Source: Macrostomum lignano (taxonomy: Eukaryota). Taken from it: a stretch of 64,000 nucleotides of DNA. The notes beneath the pieces are model-generated. The model did not search any database and was not told where the DNA came from. It saw only the letters and a program-made list of their open reading frames with translations. The DNA is taken from NCBI GenBank assembly GCA_002269645.1, contig NIVC01000807.1:62001-126000 (forward strand), written 5' to 3'. Shown one piece after another: positions 1 to 37,500 of this stretch (within the stretch, counting starts at the first letter, position 1; each line of letters starts with the position of its first letter). The position numbers were made by a program, and so were the translations under genes.

Positions 1-239
1 TAGATAGATAGATACGAGGGCTATCCCAAAAGTAAGTTTCGCTATGCTATAAAAGACAAACTAGTGACCCAAAAATCAACAAAACTTTGCAACTGCAAAA
101 TGAACTCATAGTTACTCTACGAGTACAAATTTGCCGCCGAGGTCAACGCAGTCTCATTAGAGGTACATGTGCAGCTTTTAGATACCTACATGCCGGGAGA
201 GTTATCGCAGATAACAGTGGTACCTAGTTATTAGGAGAG

Positions 240-450
240 GTACCTAGATACCAGAAGAGAGTATCTAGGTAACAGGAGAACCAGGAGAGTACTATACCTA
301 CACGTAGATACAAGGAGAGAAACCTAGATGCCAGGAGAGAGTACCTAGATGCCAGGAGAGGTACCTAGATGCCATGAGAGGCAACCTAGATACAAGGACA
401 GGTACCTAGATGCTAGGAGGGAGTACATGGATACCAGAATAGTACCTAGT
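240..450. repeat. Degenerate 20-21-bp minisatellite (TACCTAGATGCCAGGAGAGG)
   Basis: CCTAGAT recurs every 20-21 nt; TOP3B intron 7. Confidence 0.75.
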
Positions 451-566
451 TACGAAGAGAAATAACCCAGAGATATCCGCCGACAAAGAAAAGGTACCCG
501 ATTAAGAATAACTATATCAGGGATGATGAAAAACAACAAAAGGTACATAAAGTACATAAGGCTCAC

Positions 567-23863
<23,297 letters not shown>

Positions 23864-24019
23864 GGCTCTGCCTGGTGCGCGGCAGCGACCCTAGAGCTGG
23901 AATAACGGGAAATGGCATGGGATACGATTAGCAAAGTCTAAGTCTATGGCGCCAAACCTGTCTGTTATTTTGTTATTAAAGCGCTAAATCGATCTCAAAC
24001 TAGTCTTTGTTTTGCTTAA

Positions 24020-24680
24020 ACTAATAGTCTTTGTGGCGCTTAACTGACTTAATTTAAACTATAGTCTTTGTGGCGCTTAACTTACTTAATTTAAACTATA
24101 GTCTTTGTGGCGCTTAACCTACTTAATTTAAACTATAGTCTTTGTGGCGCTTAACTTACTTAATTTAAACTATAGTCTTTGTGGCGCTTAACTTACTTTA
24201 AACTATAGTTTTGTGGCGCTTAACTTACTTAATTTAAACTATAGTCTTTGTGGCGCTTAACTTACTTAATTTAAACTATAGTCTTTGTGGCGCTTAACTT
24301 ACTTTAAACTATAGTTTTGTGGCGCTTAACTTACTTAATTTAAACTATAGTCTTTGTGGCGCTTAACTTACTTAATTTAAACTATAGTCTTTGTGGCGCT
24401 TAACTTACTTAATTTAAACTATAGTCTTTGTGGCGCTTAACTTACTTTAAACTATAGTTTTGTGGCGCTTAACTTACTTAATTTAAACTATAGTCTTTGT
24501 GGCGCTTAACTTACTTAATTTAAACTATAGTCTTTGTGGCGCTTAACTTACTTAATTTAAACTATAGTCTTTGTGGCGCTTAACTTACTTAATTTAAACT
24601 ATAGTCTTTGTGGCGCTTAACTTACTTAATTTAAACTATAGTCTTTGTGGCGCTTAACTTACTTTTAACTATAGTCTTCG
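24020..24680. repeat. 37-bp AT-rich minisatellite upstream of the TOP3B start codon
   Basis: AAACTATAGTCTTTGTGGCGCTTAACTTACTTAATTT, with periodic shortened units. Confidence 0.93.
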
Positions 24681-25189
24681 TTGCCTTATTATTCATGTAA
24701 TAAATATAACCAACCAGGACTTTAATGAATAATATATAATTAAAAAATATTTATAATTATTACCAAACAACTACACTGCTTTGGAATGTAATTATAGTAG
24801 CAATCATGAGAGTAAGAACGATCGCAACTGTACGCATTGGCAGTGGGGACAGGGGGAGGGAAGGAGAGGTGGTCTAGCGATCGAAAAAAAAATTGTAAAC
24901 AGGATCAGGGAAGGAGGAGCGGCAAAAATAGGTCCAGCAGTACAAAGTAAGCTAATCTAAAACTGCGAGCCATTGGCGTCATCATCAGTTCTGCACGGCT
25001 GCCTGCCGCCACCTTAAGTACTCAAGTGCGCCTGTACCGAGGAGAGAAGGAGAGAGGAGTCGGTCGGGGAAGAGTTCACGTAGACTATTTTGCGCGATGT
25101 GTGTGTGCGTGTGTGTGTGTGAGCGCGCAGGTCCTGTCCGACAAGTCAGCTTAGACTTTAAGCTCGCGGCAGTAGCAGCTCAGCCCAAG

Positions 25190-25310
25190 AGAACTCCTGG
25201 CGCTGATTGGTCCGAGTCCAATCGAATTGGGCCAAAAATAAAAAAACACAAGGACACACGCGAGCGCGAGCATAATAATGGCGGGTGATAAACAGGGGCG
25301 GCGAGGAGGC
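25190..25310 (-). promoter_or_regulatory. Candidate TATA-less promoter for TOP3B (CCAAT boxes plus GC boxes)
   Basis: CTGATTGG, CCAATC and AATTGG cluster at 25203-25230, GGCGGG and GGGGCGG at 25279-25300, CpG-rich. A possible UTR donor AAG|GTGGCG at 25012 could pair with the acceptor at 23897. Confidence 0.4.
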
Positions 25311-26191
25311 GCTGCTGACAACTAAGAAAAGTGCATAGCGACATGGAATGCCATATTTTAATAGGGTGGGAGAGGAAGAAGGGGGTGGGGCTGTGACTGA
25401 AAAAAACACGCATGCATGCGCATACGCTAACTGATTAGGACAGCCCTTGTATTACCTTTAGCAAAGCTGAGAGTTAACCCTAATTAACTGCATACATTAT
25501 ATTTATATATTATTTAAGCTAATTATTACAGCAAGAAACCAAATATATTTAGAAAAAAAACAGCTGGCACTAATTTGCGCCACTAGCCCTGGCCTAGCCT
25601 GAACTATCCGATGTATATTCTCCTATACATTCTTGTATATTTGAAGGTCAGGCGTATCTTTAAACGCTTCTAAGAGTCCATGATTCTCTGTATGAATAAT
25701 ACTCAGTTCAATTGAAAGATGCAAGACAATGACAAAGTCTGAGAGTTAGACAAAATTTATTGCCTTAATTAGGCAAAAGATGCAGGCCATTCATAAAACC
25801 AATTTTTTACTGATTTTTCTGTTTTGTCTCTGCACAACATCGCAGCAGCTGCACTCGGCAGAACGAAACAATATATGCAGTTAATAATTAATAACTACTG
25901 AGTGCCTAACAGCGTTTGAATGGCGGCTTTTGTTTTACTCAACAGTAGAAACGCTAACTATAACAAATATAGGACAGAATCAGATTCTTTCCAACACAAA
26001 AAGGCAAATGTATAAAAGCATAGTAACAGCAACAACACGAATATTGACTCGGACAAAGAAGGATGAAGCGCTTTCGCACGCTGTTTAAATACGAAATCAA
26101 CTATTTTGAAAATGAAGAGTTCTCTGATAGAAGCATTTGACATAATCTGCGTTGGCTTTGGCTTGCACTTAGTGTTATCAATATTTTTCGA

Positions 26192-26940
26192 GAGTGTATA
26201 TTGGCTCTGAAAAGGGGCTGAGGGGTAGGCTAGGTTAGAAGAGTGTACATTGGCTCCGATAAGGGGCTGAGGGGGTAGGCTAGGCTAGAAGAGTGTACAT
26301 TGGCTCCGATAAGGGGCTGAGGGGGTAGGCTAGACTAGAAGAGTGTACATTGGCTCCGATAAGGGGCTGAGGGGGTAGGCTAGACTAGAAGAGTGTACAT
26401 TGGCTCCGATAAGGGGCTGAGGGGGTAGGCTAGACTAGAAGAGTGTACATTGGCTCCGATAAGGGGCTGAGGGGGTAGGCTAGGCTAGAAGAGTGTACAT
26501 TGGCTCCGATAAGGGGCTGAGGGGGTAGGCTAGGCTAGAAGAGTGTACATTGGCTCCGATAAGGGGCTGAGGGGGTAGGCTAGACTAGAAGAGTGTACAT
26601 TGGCTCCGATAAGGGGCTGAGGGGGTAGGCTAGACTAGAAGAGTGTACATTGGCTCCGATAAGGGGCTGAGGGGGTAGGCTAGGCTAGAAGAGTGTACAT
26701 TGGCTCCGATAAGGGGCTGAGGGGGTAGGCTAGACTAGAAGAGTGTACATTGGCTCCGATAAGGGGCTGAGGGGGTAGGCTAGGCTAGAAGAGTGTACAT
26801 TGGCTCCGATAAGGGGCTGAGGGGGTAGGCTAGACTAGAAGAGTGTACATTGGCTCCGATAAGGGGCTGAGGGGGTAGGCTAGACTAGAAGAGTGTACAT
26901 CGGCTCCAATAAAGGGCTGTAGGAGTGTGCATTGGCTCTG
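26192..26940. repeat. 50-bp minisatellite, about 15 copies, each with a CCAAT box and G-runs
   Basis: GAGTGTACATTGGCTCCGATAAGGGGCTGAGGGGGTAGGCTAG(A/G)CTAGAA. Confidence 0.95.
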
Positions 26941-27689
26941 GATTGGGTTTGGACAAGCCTCAGTGAGAATGTAGAGTCTAAATTCGTTATTTCGATACAC
27001 AAAGCGACAACAGCATACGAGAAAGATATTGGAAACGAGCAAAGCTGTGTAAACGGTCGCCTAGTTTAAATACAGAAAACATTCACAGTCGCTAAAAAAA
27101 CAATGGAAAATGCCATGCTTGCACTTATTCTCTGTCGTTTGTGAATAAACAATGAAATACAGCTCGTATGCTAGCAACACAAAGGATCTAGTTTGCAATA
27201 TAAAAAGTGCAACTAGAGCACTCACTGCCTTTGCCTCACAGTTACAATTTTAAATGAACCGAAAATTTTCAATTACTTTTAAAAAAGTGCCGAAAAGCAA
27301 AATTCTGGAATTTAGGACATAAAAACATCGGATAGAAGACAAATTTAATTAAATTGAGTTCGCACAATAAACAATATATGCAATAACAAATAGTGCAGTA
27401 CAGATTCTTGCTATAATAATCCGAATACGAAAGAGCTCTCTACAAAAAAGGACAACAATTGTTTCGATTACAATATGAAACAGGTCTAGCAAGCTAGAGA
27501 TCATATTCAGGATTAAACATAAATGACTGATAGCTGATTGAGGCCTAGAAGTGCCTGCAAAAGAACAAATATGTCCCCTATTTGCTCCATATTGACACTT
27601 CACAGACGGTAAAAAACAGGCGCAGAAAAATTGTATTAAAGCAGAAAAATGAAATTAAATGTGAAGTTTAAAACAATAACATAATATAA

Positions 27690-27990
27690 TAATTGATTAC
27701 GCCTGCTCCCAATTGGGCCAGATGTGCAACCGACAGCTCAGCCGCAGCTATTGCGCAGCGCATTTGAAGGCTGCGTACGGCTGTTCAGTCCAAGGACTGG
27801 GGGTCGCCACACACACCCTGAATTACCCCAGCTAATGCTGGCACCCATTTTACAGCTGGGTGAACTGAAGCAATGCAGGGTTAAGTGTCTTGCTCAAGGA
27901 CACAAATTGTTCCACTGGGATCGGGAATCGAACCCCCGACTTTCAAGTCGTGAGTCCGTTGCTCTCTAACCACTATAGGCTACAACCCCC
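27690..27990 (-). mobile_element. tRNA-derived CORE-type SINE
   Basis: Minus strand: box A TAGCCTATAGTGG, box B GGTTCGATTCCC, then CCTTGAGCAAGACACTTAACCCTGCATTGCTTCAGTTCACCCAGCTGTAAAATGGG, which resembles the MIR/CORE domain; AT-rich (ATT)-like tail. Confidence 0.8.
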
Positions 27991-28257
27991 TAGGATTGCA
28001 GTTTAGAAACAGAAGTAGAGGATCAGTAAGGGAAATATCGAATAGTTAATCCAGCATTTAGCAAACCTGGATCTCAGATCTGCCTCTCCGACCCTTCAGT
28101 GTGTACTCGTGTCTACCATCCAAAACCTCAACGATATGCATAGCGTGTGAATCGCACTTTTAAAGTATGGAAGAGACGTGGAGTAGCGATAAAAAATTAT
28201 ATGAGTCTCGTGTATATATTATCGTGTGATAAAACTGCGATTTCAATTGTTAGCCAT

Positions 28258-28530
28258 TCACGGCTGCTGTGGTTTCGGCCGCTTCCTAGGCGGACCAAGC
28301 GGCGGCGTGGCTTGCATAGCCAGGGCTTTAAAGGCCTCGGCAACCAGGTGCGGCTGGCGCCGGACCATCTGGGCCCAGCCGGCTGACTCCGTCACTTCGT
28401 TGGCGTGGCCCAGCAGGTAGTCGCAGGCGTGCTGCCTGAGCTGCTCGGCAGAGTGCAAGTCGGCCAGCACTAGGCAGTCGCACGTGTTCTCAACTGTGAG
28501 GCTGGCAGCTAAAGACTCTTCGCACATCAC
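28258..28530 (-). CDS. SPOP: SPOP terminal BACK exon with NLS and stop
   Basis: VMCEESL...[11 protein letters not shown]; acceptor TTTCAG|GTG. Confidence 0.95.
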   Translation of the reverse strand: MMCEESLAASLTVENTCDCLVLADLHSAEQLRQHACDYLLGHANEVTESAGWAQMVRRQPHLVAEAFKALAMQATPPLGPPRKRPKPQQP

Positions 28531-31500
28531 CTGAAATTCAATATGAAATGGATTTTGGAAGCCAAAATGTCAGATTAGTAGCTGGAAATTTCAGATTAGT
28601 AGTTTGAGGTGTCAGATTAGTAGTTTGAGATGTCAGATTAGTAGTTTGAAATGTCAGATCAATAGCTTGAGATGTCAGATTAGTAGCTGGAAATGTCAGA
28701 TCAATAGCTTGAAATGTCAGATTAGTAGCTGGAAATGTCAGATCAATAGCTTGAGATGTCAGATTAGTAGCTGGAAATGTCAGATCAATAGCTTGAAATG
28801 TCAGATTAGTAGCTGGAAACGTCAGATTAGTAGCTGGAAATGTCAGATTAGTAGCTGGAAATGTCAGATTAATAGCTGGAAATGTCAGGTTAGTAGCTTG
28901 AGATGTCAGATTAGTAGCTGGAAATGTCAGGTTAGTAGCTTGAGATGTCAGATTAGTAGCTGGAAATGTCAGATTAGTAGCTGGAAATGTTAGATTAGTA
29001 GCTGGAAATGTCAGATCAATAGCTTGAAATGTCCGATTAGTAGCTTGAGATGTCAGATTAGTAGCTGGAAATGTCAGATCAATAGCTTGAAATGTCAGAT
29101 TAGTAGCTTGAGATGTCAGATTAGTAGCTGGAAATGTCAGATCAATAGCTTGAAATGTCAGATTAGTAGCTTGAGATGTCAGATTAGTAGCTGGAAATGT
29201 CAGATCAATAGCTTGAAATGTCAGATTAGTAGCTTTGAGATGTCAGATTAGTAGCTGGAAATGTCAGATTAGTAGCTTTAGTAGCTGGAAATGTCAGATT
29301 AGTAGCTTTAGTAGCTAACAATGTTGATTTTAGTATACTGATTTTGAACTTCTAAAATAAACCTTGCTTTCTTGCCCAAATCGCTATGAATAGTAACACT
29401 AAATAAGAAAGCAGTACAAAAAATCTAGGACAGGCAATATTCAAAATAAAAGTTAGGGAAGCTGAGGCTTATGTCGGTCGCAATTATCTAGTACGCTATT
29501 TTTTACCGTGAAATCTTGCATGAAAAAGAAAGCTTGGCTAAAAATACCTTGCATACAATAGGCTTCAACAAAGCCTATTTAAAGCTTAATATTGAACTGC
29601 TGAAACAGGCCCTGGCATTCTCACCTTGAGCCTGTCCAGCTGGTACTTGTCCGCCGCGGCTAGCAAACTGTCGGCCATATTGGACAGGTTGGGCGCCCGG
29701 CCAGTGTACAGGTAGCGCAGCACCTCGCGCATCGTGTCCTCGTCCAGGTCCGGCACTTCGACGCGATTTGCTCGGCTCTCCTCCATTTGGTGCTCAAACA
29801 TGGCCTGTAGGAGATGATGTCTTTATTAAATACACTATCACGCTAGATAACTGAAGCTCATTGATGACGGCTACTATCGCAAGATAGTCGGATTGCTATT
29901 GATAGGAAAATGACAGATAGAAGAGTGGACAGATAGGTGAGAAAGGACTGGGAGAAATAGGAGGGGAGATATAGGAGAGGAGAGATATAGAAGACACAGG
30001 GGGATATAGAGGACACAGGAGATAATAGAGGACACAGGGAAGATAATAGGGGACACAGGGGGAGATAATAGGAGACACAGGGGAGATAATAGGGGACACA
30101 GGGGAGATATAGAGGACACAGGGGAGATATAGAGGACACATGCGAGATATAGAGGAGACATGGGAGATATAGAGGACACAGGGCCAGGGAGATAATAGGG
30201 GACACAGGGGGAGATAATAGGGGACACAGGGGAGATAATAGAGAACACAGGGGAGATATAGAGGACATGGGAGATAATAGGGGACACAGGAGATAAAAGA
30301 CGACACAGGGAAGATAATAGGGGACACAGGGAAGATAATAGGGGACACAGGGGAGATAATAGGAGACACAGGGGAGATAATAGGGGACACAGGGGAGATA
30401 ATAGGGGACACAGGGGAGATAATAGGGGACACAGGGGAGATATAGAGGTCACAGGGGAGATATAGAGGACACAGGGGAGATATAGAGGTCACAGGGGAGA
30501 TATAGAGGACACAGGGGAGATATAGAGGACACAGGGGAGATATAGAGGACACAAGGGAGATATAGAGGACACAGGGGAGATATAGAGGACACAAGGGAGA
30601 TATAGAGGACACAGGGGAGATATAGAGGACACAGGGGAGATATAGAGGACACAGGGGAGATATAGAGGACACAGGGGAGATATAGAGGACACAAGGGAGA
30701 TATAGAGGACACAGGGGAGATATAGAGGACACAGGGGAGATATAGAGGACACAGGGGAGATATAGAGGACACAGGGGAGATATAGAGGACACAGGGGAGA
30801 TATAGAGGACACAGGGAGATATAGAGGACACAGGGGAGATATAGAGGACACAAGGGAGATATAGAGGACACAGGGGAGATATAGAGGACACAGGGGAGAT
30901 ATAGAGGAGACATGGGAGATATAGAGGACACAGAGGAGATATAGAGGACACAGGGGAGATATAGAGGACACAGGGGAGATATAGAGGACACAAGGAAGAT
31001 ATAGAGGACACAGGGGAGATATAGAGGACACAGGGGAGATATAGAGGACACAAGGGAGATATAGAGGACACAGGGGAGATATATAGGACACAAGGGAGAT
31101 ATAGAGGACACAGGGGAGATATAGAGGACACAGGGGAGATACCAGAGGACACAGGGGAGATATAGAGGACACAGGGGAGATATAGAGGACACAGGGGAGA
31201 TATAGAGGACACAGGGGAGATATAGAGGACACAAGGGAGATATAGAGGACACAGGGGAGATATAGAGGACACAGGGGAGATATAGAGGACACAGGGGAGA
31301 TATAGAGGACACAAGGAAGATATAGAGGACACAGGGGAGATATAGAGGACACAGGGGAGATATAGAGAACACAAGGGAGATATAGAGGACACAGGGGAGA
31401 TATAGAGGACACAAGGGAGATATAGAGGACACAGGGGAGATATAGAGGACACAGGGGAGATACCAGAGGACACAGGGGAGATATAGAGGACACAGGGGAG

Positions 31501-34500
31501 ATATAGAGGACACAGGGGAGATATAGAGGACACAGGGGAGATATAGAGGACACAGGGGAGATATAGAGGACACAAGGAAGATATAGAGGACACAGGGGAG
31601 ATATAGAGGACACAGGGGAGATATAGAGGACACAAGGGAGATATAGAGGACACAGGGGAGATATAGAGGACACAAGGGAGATATAGAGGACACAGGGGAG
31701 ATATAGAGGACACAGGGGAGATACCAGAGGACACAGGGGAGATATAGAGGACACAGGGGAGATATAGAGGACACAGGGGAGATATAGAGGACACAGGGGA
31801 GATATAGAGGACACAGGGGAGATATAGAGGACACAGGGGAGATATAGAGGACACAGGGGAGATATAGAGGACACAGGGGAGATATAGAGGACACAGGGGA
31901 GATATAGAGGACACAGGGGAGATATAGAGGACACAGGGGAGATATAGAGGACACAGGGGAGATATAGAGGAAACAGAGAATACCGAAACCAGAAAATTCC
32001 TGATGGAACGGTGCAAGTTTTTTTGAAAATCAGTTGAGCCCATTTGTTCTAAAAAATGAGTCGCATACCTGCCTAGATGGATAGAAACATTTCATTTTAG
32101 TATGCTGGATAAATAGAGAAGAGAGACCAGAAGAGCAACTTAAAAGCACAAACATCAGACGCTATAGAATACTCAAGCTTACCTGAAACACTGGCGACCG
32201 AGCCGACAGCACCGATTTGTGGGCGCGCAATTCGGCGCCGTTGGCGCCAACGCACAGGGCAACATCGGCGTGAAGACCGCGCTCAAGCAGCTGGGACAGC
32301 TCCTCGGCTAGGCGGCAGTCTGGCACGCGGACTGGCTGGGCGTTCGACTGGCCGGAGACGTTCTGCGTCTCGCCTACCACCGACACCTGCACGACGCAAC
32401 AGAAATGAAAAACAAAAAGACTTACAAGCCAGTTAAAATCACATACCTATACAGTATAGCTAAAATTTCAGCTACAGAGACTCAGTTCCCAATACTGTAT
32501 TGAATTTCATCTAAGGCGCTAGCAGAACAAATTCAATGAATTAGTAATGAGCATATAGTCCAGTACGGTAAAGTACAACAGAGTGCTTTTAGTAAATCCT
32601 AGCAATTTTAATTCCCACTTCATAAACTATAGAATCTTCACAATCTAGAATCTTCACAAACTAGAATCTTCACAATCTAGAATCTTCACAAACTAGAATC
32701 TTCACAATCTAGAATCTTCACAAACTAGAATCTTCACCATCTAAAATCTTCACAATCTAGAATCTTCACAATCTAGAATCTTCACAATCTAGAATCTTCA
32801 CAAACTAGAATCTTCACAATCTAGAATCTTCACAATATAGAATCTTCATCACAATCTAGAATCTTCTTTGAAGAATATTTGAAGAATCTTCAATCTTAAC
32901 AATCTAGAATCTTAACAATCTAGAATCTTCACAATCTAGAATCTTCACAATCTAGAATCTTCACAAACTAGAATCTTCACATCTAGAATCTTCACAATCT
33001 AGAATCTTCACAATCTAGAATCTTCACCATCTAGAATCTTCACAAACTAGAATCTTCACAGACTAGAATCTTCACAAACTAGAATCTTCACAATCTAGAA
33101 TTTTCACAAACTAGTATCTTTACAAACTAGAATCTCCACAAACTAGAATCTTCACAAACTAGAATCTTCACAATCTATAATCTTCACAATCTAGAATCTT
33201 CACAATCTAGAATCTTCACAATCTAGAATCTTCACAATCTAGAATTTTTACAATCTAGAATCTTCACAATCTAGAATCCTCACAATCTAGAATCTTCACA
33301 ATCTAGAATCTTCACCATCTAGAATCTTCACAATCTAGAATCTTCACAAACTAGAATCTTCACAATCTAGAATTTTTACAATCTAGAATCTTCACAATCT
33401 AGAATCTTCAAAAACTAGAATCTTCACAAACTAGAATCTTCACAAACTAGAATCTTCACAATCTAGAATATTCACAATCTAGAATCTTCACAAACTAGAA
33501 TCTTCACAATCTAGAATCTTCACAATCTAGAATCTTCACAAACTAGAATCTTCACCAACTAGAATCTTCACAAACTAGAATCTTCACAGACTAGAATCTT
33601 CACAAACTAGAATCTTTACAATCTAGAATTTTCACAAACTAGTATCTTTACAAACTAGAATCTCCACAAACTACAATCTTCACAAACTAGAATCTTCACA
33701 ATCTATAATCTTCACAAACTAGAATCTTCACAATCTAGAATCTTCACAATCTAGAATCTTCACAATCTAGAATTTTTACAATCTAGAATCTTCACAAACT
33801 AGAATCTTCACAATCTAGAATCTTCACAATCTAGAATCTTCACAATCTAGAATCTTCACAAACTAGAATCTTCACAATCTAGAATCTTCACAAACTAGAA
33901 TCTTCACAATCTAGAATCTTCACAAACTAGAATCTTCACAATCTAGAATCTTCACAATCTAGAATCTTCACAATCTAGAATCTTCACAATCTAGAATCTT
34001 CACAAACTAGAATCTTCACAATCTAGAATCTTCACAAACTAGAATCTTAACAATCTAGAATCTTCACAAACTAGAATCTTCACAATCTAGAATCTTCACA
34101 ATCTAGAATCTTCAAAAACTAGAATCTTCACAAACTAGAATCTTCACAATCTAGAATCTTCACAATCTAGAATCTTCACAAACTAGAATCTTCACAATCT
34201 AGAATCTTCACAAACTAGAATCTTCACAATCTAGAATCTTCACAATCTAGAATCTTCACAATCTAGAATCTTCACAATCTAGAATCTTTACAATCTAGAA
34301 TCTTCACAATCTAGAATCCTCACAATCTAGAATCTTCACAATCTAGAATCTTCACAATCTAGAATCCTCACAATCTAGAATCTTTACAATCTAGAATCTT
34401 CACAAACTAGAATTTTTACAATCTAGAATCTTCACAATCTAGAATCTTCAAAAACTAGAATCTTCACAAACTAGAATCTTCACAATCTAGAATCTTCACA

Positions 34501-37500
34501 ATCTAGAATCTTCACAAACTAGAATCTTCACAATCTAGAATTTTTACAAACTAGAATCTTCACCATCTAGAATCTTCACAAACTAGAATTTTTACAATCT
34601 AGAATCTTCACAATCTAGAATCTTCAAAAACTAGAATCTTCACAATCTAGAATCTTCACAATCTAGAATCTTCACAATCTAGAATCTTCACAATCTAGAA
34701 TCTTCACAATCTAGAATCTTCACAATCTATAATCTTCACATCTTGAATCTTCACAATCTAGAATCTTCACAATCTAGAATCTTCACAAACTAGAATCTTC
34801 ACCATCTAGAATCTTCACAAACTAGAATCTTCACAGACTAGAATCTTCACAAACTAGAATCTTCACAATCTAGAATTTTCACAAACTAGTATCTTTACAA
34901 ACTAGAATCTCCACAAACTAGAATCTTCACAAACTAGAATCTTCACAATCTATAATCTTCACAAACTATAATCTTCACAAACTAGAATCTTCACAATCTA
35001 GAATTTTTACAATCTAGAATCTTCACAAACTAGAATCTTCACAATCTAGAATCTTCACAATCTAGAATCTTCACAAACTAGAATCTTCACAATCTAGAAT
35101 CTTCACAAACTAGAATCTTCACAATCTAGAATCTTCACAAACTAGAATCTTCACAATCTAGAATCTTCACAATCTAGAATCTTCACAATCTAGAATCTTC
35201 ACAAACTAGAATCTTCACAATCTAGAATCTTCACAATCTAGAATCTTCACAATCTAGAATCTTCACAATCTAGAATCTTCACATCTAGAATCTTCACAAT
35301 CTAGAATCTTCACAATCTAGAATCTTCACAAACTAGAATCTTCACAATCTAGAATCTTCACAAACTAGAATCTTCACAGACTAGAATCTTCACAAACTAG
35401 AATCTTCACAATCTAGAATTTTCACAAACTAGTATCTTTACAAACTAGAATCTCCACAAACTAGAATCTTCACAATCTAGAATCTTCACAAACTAGAATC
35501 TTCACAATCTAGAATCTTCACAATCTAGAATCTTCACAATCTAGAATCTTCACAATCTATAATCTTCACATCTTGAATCTTCACAATCTAGAATCTTCAC
35601 AATCTAGAATCTTCACAAACTAGAATCTTCACCATCTAGAATCTTCACAAACTAGAATCTTCACAGACTAGAATCTTCACAAACTAGAATCTTCACAATC
35701 TAGAATTTTCACAAACTAGTATCTTTACAAACTAGAATCTCCACAAACTAGAATCTTCACAAACTAGAATCTTCACAATCTATAATCTTCACAAACTATA
35801 ATCTTCACAAACTAGAATCTTCACAATCTAGAATCTTCACAATCTAGAATTTTTACAATCTAGAATCTTCACAAACTAGAATCTTCACAATCTAGAATCT
35901 TCACAATCTAGAATCTTCACAAACTAGAATCTTCACAATCTAGAATCTTCACAAACTAGAATCTTCACAATCTAGAATCTTCACAAACTAGAATCTTCAC
36001 AATCTAGAATCTTCACAATCTAGAATCTTCACAATCTAGAATCTTCACAAACTAGAATCTTCACAATCTAGAATCTTCACAATCTAGAATCTTCACAATC
36101 TAGAATCTTTACAATCTAGAATCTTCACATCTAGAATCTTCACAATCTAGAATCTTCACAATCTAGAATCTTCACAAACTAGAATCTTCACAATCTAGAA
36201 TCTTCACAAACTAGAATCTTCACAGACTAGAATCTTCACAAACTAGAATCTTCACAATCTAGAATTTTCACAAACTAGTATCTTTACAAACTAGAATCTA
36301 TACAAACTAGAATCTTCACAATCTAGAATCTTCACAAACTAGAATCTTCACAATCTAGAATCTTCACAATCTAGAATCTTCACAATCTAGAATCTTCATA
36401 ATCTAGAATCCTCACAATTTATAATCTTTACAATCTAGAATCTTCACAATCTAGAATCTTCACAATCTAGAATCCTCACAATTTAGAATCTTTACAATCT
36501 AGACCCTGCACAAACTAGACATCGGGGTCTTTCTATACTTTTTACGTCTTTAACAATACTTCACGGCGATTTGAATATTCGCGCTAATTTAAAAAAAACA
36601 CTGAACAAAGCAGATGCGGCAAGCGCAATAAACTTCGTTATAGCCAGGCCAGAGCACCGGCGCAATTTATTATTATTGACCTATTTACGAGTAGTTATAA
36701 GCATATTTATGCATATTATGAATATATTATTACTGTGCACTTAAGCTGAATTAGCTGAATAGAGGAGTTGCACCGTTGCGTTTATGGGGGTCTCGTATTA
36801 AGGAATGCTAATGCAGTGCAGGCTGGGAATGCGCAGAAAGGAGATTATATATGTATAATTATTATATAACAGACAACTATTTACTGCGCAGGTTGCATAA
36901 ATGAATGTCGCACTTACAATAGCAGCTGCGCTGCGCACTAAATTTTCTTTTTTACAATTTTATCCCGCGTTTGTGCGTTCAGCGGGCACAGAAATTGATT
37001 TTCTATTCGTTTTCTCCCGCGGCTAAGCTAATTTTCTGACCGCCAACTAGCGACAATTTCCGTCCAATCTTGTGACCGCCAACTAGCGACACTTTCCGTT
37101 CAATCTTGTGACCGCCAACTAGCGACACTTTCCGTTCAATCTTGTGACCGCCAACTAGCGACACTTTCCGTCCAATCTTGTGACCGCCAACTAGCGACAC
37201 TTTCCGTCCAATCTTCTGACCGCCCACTAGCGACACTTTCCGTCCAATCTTCTATGCGACTTTGCTCTCCCCTCTGAAACATCCCACTCTACCACTACTA
37301 TCCTACTCTATCACTCTACTATCCTACTCTATCACTCTACTATCCTACTCTATCACTCTACTATCCTACTCTATCACTCTACTATCCTACTCTATCACTC
37401 TACTATCCTACTCTATCACTCTACTATCCTACTCTATCACTCTACTATCCTACTCTATCACTACTATCCCGCTCTCCAGATCTTCCTAATCCTCGACTCT

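Noticed and set aside
27920-27990. tRNA-like sequences (also 39325-39389, 4795-4865, 52067-52135)
   Set aside because: Box A and B are present but there is no complete cloverleaf, and they continue into SINE or transposon sequence; not called as tRNA genes.
29858-32043. ORFs of 481-715 aa ([12 protein letters not shown] repeats)
   Set aside because: Translations of the 20-bp intronic minisatellite; open in several frames at once.
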